In this document: positions 18,549 to 25,651 of the stretch, one piece after another
How the letters are laid out: every line of letters starts with the position of its first letter
How positions within the stretch are numbered: position 1 is the first letter of the stretch
Sequence record: MW248466.1
DNA: 64,000 nt
Reading direction: 5' to 3' (one strand)
Program-made: the position numbers and the translations under genes
The notes under the pieces: model-generated
Databases searched by the model: none
The model's input: the letters and a program-made list of their open reading frames with translations, nothing else
Told to the model about the DNA's origin: nothing

Positions 18549-19019
18549 ATGAGAAATAAAAAAAGAAGTATAGATAGTTTGATAAATAATAATCTAGAAT
18601 TACCAATTGAGGTTACTGAAAATTATATAAATAATTTTATATATAAGTCATTAACTACTATAAATGAGAAAAAAGAAATAAAACCAAATCACACTTATAT
18701 AATTAATCATGAAAATGAATTATTTAATAAAGCAGATAATTTCATAAATTGTATTTTAGAATTATTAAAAGGTGATGTAGGTACTTTAATAGATAAAAAA
18801 GATTTAAAGTTAAAAAGAAATATAAAGAAAGATAATATAAATAATTGTCTTACAATATATACTATTGTAGAAACTTTAACTTACAATAATTCTATAACAA
18901 TGATGATGGTAAAAAATGTAAATAATATTAATAAAGAAGTAACTGGTGAACTAATATTTGATATTAACATAAGTGACAAACTAGGTAAAGATAATTATAA
19001 TGAAAATATTTATATTTAA
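18549..19019 (+). CDS. Hypothetical protein
   Basis: ORF track. Confidence 0.65.
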   Translation: MRNKKRSIDSLINNNLELPIEVTENYINNFIYKSLTTINEKKEIKPNHTYIINHENELFNKADNFINCILELLKGDVGTLIDKKDLKLKRNIKKDNINNCLTIYTIVETLTYNNSITMMMVKNVNNINKEVTGELIFDINISDKLGKDNYNENIYI

Positions 19020-19033
19020 TTACTATTTAAATA

Positions 19034-19051
19034 TATATTATATAGATGAAG
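19034..19051 (+). promoter_or_regulatory. Putative early promoter
   Basis: TATATTATA-TAGA-TGAAG. Confidence 0.55.
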
Positions 19052-19074
19052 TTAATTAAAATACAGGAGATGAA

Positions 19075-19422
19075 TTGGATATGTTAAACGATACTAAAAA
19101 GGTTTTAGACAGAATGTATGACAAAATAAATGGTGATTTAATTGTTATTTCAGAGTGTATAGATTTATTTGATAAGGAATTAAATTACACTGTAACTGAA
19201 GGTAATGAGAGAACATCAAATCTTGATTATTTGGCAGATTCTTTAATTGTAGTTGCTTCAGATATATTTACATTAAATGAAGTACTTAATATTGACGAAG
19301 AAACTATTAATAATGAATTATTATCAGAATTTAAATTAAGTTATAGAATGATACAGAATTTTCATATGAAATTGGAATTAAATAGCTATCAATTAAAAGA
19401 GATTAAAACCTCGATTGAATAA
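19075..19422 (+). CDS. Hypothetical protein
   Basis: CAGGAG RBS. Confidence 0.7.
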   Translation: MDMLNDTKKVLDRMYDKINGDLIVISECIDLFDKELNYTVTEGNERTSNLDYLADSLIVVASDIFTLNEVLNIDEETINNELLSEFKLSYRMIQNFHMKLELNSYQLKEIKTSIE

Positions 19423-19441
19423 ATACAGGAGATGATTAGGA

Positions 19442-19927
19442 ATGAATTATTTAAAGAATGGAAAAGAGGAGGTCTTTCCAGTCAATGAAGAAGGAATGGA
19501 AAATATCATATTCTTTCTTCTAGACTACTCACAGAAAAATGATTATAATACAATGAACATAATTAAGGAAATAAATGATCACGTGATGAAAGGCGAAAAT
19601 ATAAGTAATGAATTTATTAATGAAAAGACAAAAGAAACGATATTAACACTAGGTAAAGTAAAAGGCAATTTAACTAATGAATTAGCTAGAAGCGGATATA
19701 TAGTTAATTTCTCTAGAAATAAAATATCATTGTCAATATACGTAAAAAATAACAGTTTCAAATTAGTAAGAATATCAGATCATAATATCAATAAGAAAGT
19801 AAATAAAAAAGGAGTAATAAGTAATAGGTTTGACTATCAAATTAAAGCTGACAGTAAATTGGTAAGTAATAAATCCTTAAAGAAATACGGTATTGATGTA
19901 TCGGAAGGAATTTATTATTTAGATTAA
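19442..19927 (+). CDS. Hypothetical protein with S-x-Y...RISDH motif
   Basis: CAGGAG RBS; SLSIYVKNNSFKLVRISDH. Confidence 0.7.
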   Translation: MNYLKNGKEEVFPVNEEGMENIIFFLLDYSQKNDYNTMNIIKEINDHVMKGENISNEFINEKTKETILTLGKVKGNLTNELARSGYIVNFSRNKISLSIYVKNNSFKLVRISDHNINKKVNKKGVISNRFDYQIKADSKLVSNKSLKKYGIDVSEGIYYLD

Positions 19928-19954
19928 TAAATGTATTGAATTAAAAATCAATTA

Positions 19955-19972
19955 TATATTATAATAATGAAG
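19955..19972 (+). promoter_or_regulatory. Putative early promoter
   Basis: TATATTATAATAATGAAG followed by a tgaagataa/ttatcttca stem-loop. Confidence 0.6.
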
Positions 19973-20022
19973 ATAAATATTATTAATATTATCTTCAATA
20001 AAAAAAAAGGGAGTTTTATATT

Positions 20023-20316
20023 ATGGCAAAATTAAATGAAGAAATATTAAGAGATTTTCAAGTAAGAACTGAGATTGATGGAGAATTTGAAGTAATGGAA
20101 TCTGATGAGCTCGGTGTTGATGAAGCTTATGAGAATGAATTAATTAAAGAGTTGGGGGTAGATGTAGATTCAAGCGTATTTTCTTATGCAATAGCAGAAG
20201 TAAATGATGAAGAAAATATGTATACCTTAGAGTATAGTCATGAAGGTGTTCTACTAACTATTCATGATTATGATGAAGATTATGTACCACAAACTATTTA
20301 TAAAAACATAATCTAA
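20023..20316 (+). CDS. Small acidic hypothetical protein
   Basis: GGGAG RBS. Confidence 0.75.
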   Translation: MAKLNEEILRDFQVRTEIDGEFEVMESDELGVDEAYENELIKELGVDVDSSVFSYAIAEVNDEENMYTLEYSHEGVLLTIHDYDEDYVPQTIYKNII

Positions 20317-20326
20317 TAATTTAAAT

Positions 20327-20359
20327 TATAGCTGATATCTTTAATGGATATCAGCTATA
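20327..20359 (+). terminator. Terminator hairpin
   Basis: tatagctgatatct/ggatatcagctata. Confidence 0.65.
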
Positions 20360-21012
20360 TTATTTTAATTTTTTTACTTGAAGGAGATGAAAAGGATAAT
20401 ATGAATTATTTTGAATTGGAATATACAGGTTTAATTGATAATAATCAATTAGATAATGGAGTTCTACACAAACAAGAAGATGAAGAAATTGAATCCGGTC
20501 TTTTAAATATGATTTTATTTAAATTGTATCTAAAAGAATTCTATAATGATAATATAGATGATAATGATTTATGTAAGAAACTAAAAATAGAAATAAGAAG
20601 TCTTCATAGTTATAATAATTCAGAAATCTATATTAATGAAGACTTTGCTGAAATATATGATGGCATTAATCCGAATAATAGCATTAAATCAAGAAAAATA
20701 AATAAAGATTATGAATATTTATTTGAATTTATTAAGGATAATATAAATGAAAAAGATTTAAATAATATACATGCAATTAAATTTACAACATTTAAAGTAG
20801 AGAGATATAAACCTGTTGTACGTTCTATATACTCAGATAAACTTAAAATTAAAACTAGTAAATTCATTAGTGGACCTACAGCAACAAGAGAATTTGTATT
20901 TTATAATATTTCAAGTGAAAGTTTATATAGATTAATGAATAATACGAATAGAATAAGAAATATAACGGAAAAAGAATATAAAAATAAATTAGTTAAAAGG
21001 AGTTTCTTATAA
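20344..21012 (+). CDS. Hypothetical protein with conserved C-terminal tag
   Basis: Ends ITEKEYKNKLVKRSFL; likely start ATG 20401. Confidence 0.75.
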   Translation: MDISYIILIFLLEGDEKDNMNYFELEYTGLIDNNQLDNGVLHKQEDEEIESGLLNMILFKLYLKEFYNDNIDDNDLCKKLKIEIRSLHSYNNSEIYINEDFAEIYDGINPNNSIKSRKINKDYEYLFEFIKDNINEKDLNNIHAIKFTTFKVERYKPVVRSIYSDKLKIKTSKFISGPTATREFVFYNISSESLYRLMNNTNRIRNITEKEYKNKLVKRSFL

Positions 21013-21551
21013 TGTATGAAGTTAATAAAAAATTTAAATATGATAAAAGGGATAAAGAATTCACATTATTCCACCAGAAATCAGAAGAAGAAATAACTGA
21101 TTCATTTATAATTATTAATTATATTTCATATGTATTATATCAATTCTACGAAAGAACACCAGGAAATGCAGATGTCTGGTTAGAAATTACTGATATAAAA
21201 GGTAATTTCTTATTTAAATTTATATTTGATAACAGACCATCTTTCGGTTCTAATTATTTTCCTAAGTGTAGTTTAGGTATACAAGATAATAGTGATAATG
21301 AAATTGTGACTACCGAATTTAGTGATAAATATAAAAGACATAATTTTATTCTAAAGGAAATATCTAAATTTAATAATGTTCTTATTAATTTTTATGAAGA
21401 AGAATTATTTACTAATGACGATGAGGAATTAAACTTATCAAAGATTGTATTTAAAACTAATGACATTAAATTTTATCAAAATAAAGATTTAATTAGTTAT
21501 ATTTCAGATAAAGAAGCTAGAAAAATTTTAGTAAAAGAAAACTTTAAATAG
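21012..21551 (+). CDS. Hypothetical protein with conserved C-terminal tag
   Basis: Ends ISDKEARKILVKENFK. Confidence 0.75.
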   Translation: MYEVNKKFKYDKRDKEFTLFHQKSEEEITDSFIIINYISYVLYQFYERTPGNADVWLEITDIKGNFLFKFIFDNRPSFGSNYFPKCSLGIQDNSDNEIVTTEFSDKYKRHNFILKEISKFNNVLINFYEEELFTNDDEELNLSKIVFKTNDIKFYQNKDLISYISDKEARKILVKENFK

Positions 21552-21567
21552 AATAGGGGTAAATAAA

Positions 21568-22104
21568 TTGAATAGATACTTTAAATTTAAATTAAATAAT
21601 AAAAGTGATTACGATGTATTTAAATTTTCAGGAAATGAAGAAGAAATAAGCGATTCTAAAATTATAGAGTCTTATTTTGCTTATATGCTTGATTATTATA
21701 TAAATGAAGCAATACCTGACTCTAGTATGATTAATATTGCTGTATTTACTATAGATGAAAGAAAAAGGTTATTGAGCTTTACTATAGATAAACCGCCAAT
21801 TTATATAAAAGAGCCAGTTAGTACTTTATTTATGAATGAAAATGATGAAGATAAACAAATTAATTTTAAAGAATTTAATGAAATTAAAAAATTTATACAC
21901 GAAAAGATTATGGAATTGAATGAGGATGAATTTTACATTTACATTGATTATAATTTTGATTTTTCTTATGAAAAAATAGATTATGATAATGCATTTGATA
22001 AGTTATTATTTATTAAAAATAATTTAAATTATAATCAATTCCATATTAAAGAAACAGATGAAAATGAATATAAAAATTATCTAGTGAGGGAGAATTTTAA
22101 ATAA
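21568..22104 (+). CDS. Hypothetical protein with conserved C-terminal tag
   Basis: Ends TDENEYKNYLVRENFK. Confidence 0.75.
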   Translation: MNRYFKFKLNNKSDYDVFKFSGNEEEISDSKIIESYFAYMLDYYINEAIPDSSMINIAVFTIDERKRLLSFTIDKPPIYIKEPVSTLFMNENDEDKQINFKEFNEIKKFIHEKIMELNEDEFYIYIDYNFDFSYEKIDYDNAFDKLLFIKNNLNYNQFHIKETDENEYKNYLVRENFK

Positions 22105-22125
22105 AAGAGAAAGTGAGATAAATAA

Positions 22126-22902
22126 ATGGAATACGTTATGATAAATAAATTACTAACAAAAAATGATTCATCTGAATTAAAACTAAATATGGTCAAACCG
22201 TATAAAGAGGAAGAAGACTTTTTCAATTTCTTTTTAAACTTTATTATAGAATATAATTCATATCATATAGGAAATTATAAATACTTTTATAGTATAAACT
22301 CATTATCAGATTATAATTCAGATTATCAAATAAATGGAAATCCTTATGTACCATTTGAGGAAGGAATAAAGGTAAATGAAGTTATTCATATTTATAAAAA
22401 TAAATTATTTAGAAATATAAGTAAAGACATTGAAAATAGAATAATTGTACTTTATGTAGAAGATAAAGAAGATGATATTTCCTTTTATATATTAACATCT
22501 AATTACTTTAATAGAAAATTTAAAAAAGAATATAAAGAAGAACTTTTCGATAAAGAAGAAATATTATCTAGACTTATAGTAAAATCTTTTCTAAATGAAA
22601 AGATTTTATTAGATTCACATTCAGAATTTTTAATTATTAAAGATAAAGAAAAATTAAGCAATTTAATTACTAATTTAATGAAAAATCAAAAATACAAAAT
22701 TTTAAACTTTGATTTCTTAAGTAATAGTGAATTAAAATATAGTAGAATACTATTTAATAAAAATGTATATGATAATAAATTAGTCCTAAAACATTTAAAA
22801 GGAATAAGTTACAAAGATATTATTGATAAAGATAAAGAGAAAATTACATTTATAGATAAAGAAGATTACAAACATTTAGTAATTAAGGAATCATTTAAAT
22901 AA
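22126..22902 (+). CDS. Hypothetical protein with conserved C-terminal tag
   Basis: Ends IDKEDYKHLVIKESFK. Confidence 0.75.
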   Translation: MEYVMINKLLTKNDSSELKLNMVKPYKEEEDFFNFFLNFIIEYNSYHIGNYKYFYSINSLSDYNSDYQINGNPYVPFEEGIKVNEVIHIYKNKLFRNISKDIENRIIVLYVEDKEDDISFYILTSNYFNRKFKKEYKEELFDKEEILSRLIVKSFLNEKILLDSHSEFLIIKDKEKLSNLITNLMKNQKYKILNFDFLSNSELKYSRILFNKNVYDNKLVLKHLKGISYKDIIDKDKEKITFIDKEDYKHLVIKESFK

Positions 22903-22980
22903 ATAATAAATATTCTCATCCATTCACTATATAATAACTTTTAATTATATAATAATTTTTAGAATGGATGAGATGCTTTT

Positions 22981-23640
22981 ATGAGTAATTATTTATATCG
23001 TTTTAACAAAAAGAATGTAAATATCTTCTATCATAAAAGGACTAATAATGGTCATAAAATGTTATTTAATAATAGCAATGATAAAGATAGATCTATATAT
23101 TTAATAAATACTGATGAAGAAATCAATAATATGGAACTAGTATCTAAATATATTGCTGGAAAAGTATTTGAAACGCTAAACCAAGAAAATATGAAAATAG
23201 TGCATATGGATTTCTTTAATAGTAAATTAGAATTCTTTATAAGTAGATCATCCAAGAATAAATATATAATGAATATGTATTTTAGTTTAAAAAGTTATAA
23301 TGACCTAATAGAAAATGAAAAAGAATTTATAGATAGTGTTAATGAACTTAATTTAGATTTTTTAAAATCAGTTTCTTTAGATCAAGACAATAATCATATA
23401 TTGGATATGACATTAATATTTTTAATAGATAAAAATAAAATAGATGAATTTATTAAAAATCTATTTTATATTAATTATATAAAGATAATAGAATTTATAA
23501 TAGATACTATATCTGTATATGCAGACGATTATAAGAAATTTAATGAAGAAATAAATATTCTTTTGGATCATAGAAATTTTGTAGAAGAAATAACATATAA
23601 AGAATATAAAAAGATAATGACGAAAGAGATGTTTATTTAA
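22981..23640 (+). CDS. Hypothetical protein with conserved C-terminal tag
   Basis: Ends ITYKEYKKIMTKEMFI. Confidence 0.75.
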   Translation: MSNYLYRFNKKNVNIFYHKRTNNGHKMLFNNSNDKDRSIYLINTDEEINNMELVSKYIAGKVFETLNQENMKIVHMDFFNSKLEFFISRSSKNKYIMNMYFSLKSYNDLIENEKEFIDSVNELNLDFLKSVSLDQDNNHILDMTLIFLIDKNKIDEFIKNLFYINYIKIIEFIIDTISVYADDYKKFNEEINILLDHRNFVEEITYKEYKKIMTKEMFI

Positions 23641-23647
23641 GGAGTAA

Positions 23648-24364
23648 TTGACTATGAAGATTTCAGCCAATAAAGAATTATTAGGAAAGAAAGTTATACC
23701 TTTAGGTTTTAAACAACTTAATAACTTATATAAAGATCATGATTATGTATATTTAAGAATTCCTGAAATATTTAATGTATTTGATAAGTATCAATTTAAG
23801 GATAATAAATTTGTATATCTTAAAACAGAAATAAAACCCAGTACTATTGTAGATTTAATAGATTCTTTATCAGGTGGATACAATGGTTTATTGAATAAAT
23901 ATATTTCTAATGATATACTAAATATACATTATACAAAGAAAAATTTATTAGATATTTCTAATAGTGAATATAAAACTCTAGAAGAAACAAGGCTTCAGCT
24001 AGATTTAGAATTAGAATTCATAAGTAGTAATGAAAAACAAAGAAAGCAATCTAATATTTTAATAAAGGATATTCATAAAGAAATAAATTATATAAGGAAC
24101 GAATATACAAAAGTATTCACTCTTAAGAAAAGTAAAACTAGAAATAATAAACCAATAAAAATAAAAATTAGAAATTTATATGATGAAGATCCAATATCTA
24201 TATTAAAAATAATATTGGACTTGGGAGAAGATTATTGTATAAATAGTACTATATTTAACGCATTTACTTACTCATTAATGTTAACACATAATTTGGATTT
24301 TATAGACGAAAAAGAATTTCAAGATATAGTTAAGAAAGAGAAAATAAAAAATACTTTCATTTAA
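23648..24364 (+). CDS. Hypothetical protein with variant C-terminal tag
   Basis: Ends IDEKEFQDIVKKEKIKNTFI. Confidence 0.7.
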   Translation: MTMKISANKELLGKKVIPLGFKQLNNLYKDHDYVYLRIPEIFNVFDKYQFKDNKFVYLKTEIKPSTIVDLIDSLSGGYNGLLNKYISNDILNIHYTKKNLLDISNSEYKTLEETRLQLDLELEFISSNEKQRKQSNILIKDIHKEINYIRNEYTKVFTLKKSKTRNNKPIKIKIRNLYDEDPISILKIILDLGEDYCINSTIFNAFTYSLMLTHNLDFIDEKEFQDIVKKEKIKNTFI

Positions 24365-24370
24365 AACATT

Positions 24371-24411
24371 ATTCATATAGTTTGAGGAAATTTTCCTTAA
24401 GCTATATGAAT
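24371..24411 (+). terminator. Terminator closing the early region
   Basis: attcatatagtttgagga/tccttaagctatatgaat followed by a T-rich run. Confidence 0.7.
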
Positions 24412-24561
24412 TATTTTATTTTTTTTTCTAAAAATATAAACTAATTTATATTAATAATTTTTACAATGTATCATGCACTTAGTCGCAAATATTTATTTAT
24501 TTTAAGAACATAAATTTTATATCAAATAATATAGAATTTTTAAAAAGGAGAATTTAATTTT

Positions 24562-25089
24562 ATGGAAAAACATGATAAATTAACTGAAGAGTTAGAAGCT
24601 TTATACGAACAATCTCAAGAAGAATCTTTAGAAGAGCAATTCGAAAGCATTATTGAATCTGCTGATGAAGAAGAAACTGAAGATAAAGATTCTAAAGAAG
24701 ATTCAGACGAAGAAGAAACATCTGTTGAAGAACAATTTAACAGTATCTTAGAATCAGAAGATGAAGAATCTGACGAAGATGAGGAAGAAGATTCAGATGA
24801 AGATTCAGATGAGGACTCAGTTGAAGAATCTGATGATGAAGATGAGGAAGAAGATGACGAAGATTCTTTAGAAGAAGAATTAAATCGTTTATTTGAAGAA
24901 AATGAAGATCCAGAAATGGATGTTGAAAAGCAAACTACAAAAGCTAACAACATGAACTCAAAAAAATCATCTGATTCTACTGAACATCCTGAAGAAGATG
25001 TAAGTAAAATCACTTCAGAAGATGAAGATGAAGACGAAGATGACGAAGATGAATCATTAGAAGAATCATTAGATCGTATCTTTGGTTAA
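24562..25089 (+). CDS. Highly acidic repeat protein, putative prohead scaffold/internal head protein
   Basis: D/E-rich with repeated S(L/V)EE-x-(F/L)-x-x-(I/L) helices and I/L-x-E sites. Confidence 0.5.
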   Translation: MEKHDKLTEELEALYEQSQEESLEEQFESIIESADEEETEDKDSKEDSDEEETSVEEQFNSILESEDEESDEDEEEDSDEDSDEDSVEESDDEDEEEDDEDSLEEELNRLFEENEDPEMDVEKQTTKANNMNSKKSSDSTEHPEEDVSKITSEDEDEDEDDEDESLEESLDRIFG

Positions 25090-25110
25090 TTATTAATTAA
25101 TCTTTAAAAT

Positions 25111-25144
25111 ATCCCCTAACCTTATTAATTTAAGGTTAGGGGAT
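25111..25144. terminator. Bidirectional terminator between convergent genes
   Basis: 14-bp perfect stem atcccctaacctta/taaggttaggggat. Confidence 0.75.
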
Positions 25145-25183
25145 TAATATTGCATTTTTTTTTATCTGAAATAGTTTGTATTA

Positions 25184-25633
25184 TCAGTTATTTTGTCTTC
25201 TACCAAAAGCATCGAGACCATCTAATGGATTTGTCTTATCTCCAGTAGATTTAAAATCATCTGCACCGTAAGTTCCACTAAAATTAGTGTCCACACCTTT
25301 AGATAATTCTTTACTCATCATATTCATATTCTTTACTCGTTCTTTTTTCCTTTGTAAGTAAGATTCTGCATCCTCTTGAGACATTAATCTATTCTCGTCA
25401 ATAGTTTCATTTTCTTTTAATTTAACTACTGGCTTGAAACCTTCCATATATACATAAAATTTATCAATCTGATCTTGATATTTAAAAGGAATTTTAGTTT
25501 TTAAATGTAATGTAGTAGGTTCATCTTCATATTGTAGAGTTTCATAATCAAGAATATTGCCTTCTTCATCTACTGTTACTGCTAAATCCATCATAATTTC
25601 TTCTTTATTTTTTTCTTCTGACAAAATATTCAA
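25184..25633 (-). CDS. Hypothetical protein (tail-associated)
   Basis: Directly downstream of a tail fibre-like gene. Confidence 0.65.
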   Translation of the reverse strand: MNILSEEKNKEEIMMDLAVTVDEEGNILDYETLQYEDEPTTLHLKTKIPFKYQDQIDKFYVYMEGFKPVVKLKENETIDENRLMSQEDAESYLQRKKERVKNMNMMSKELSKGVDTNFSGTYGADDFKSTGDKTNPLDGLDAFGRRQNN

Positions 25634-25651
25634 ATCCTTTCTAATTAAATA

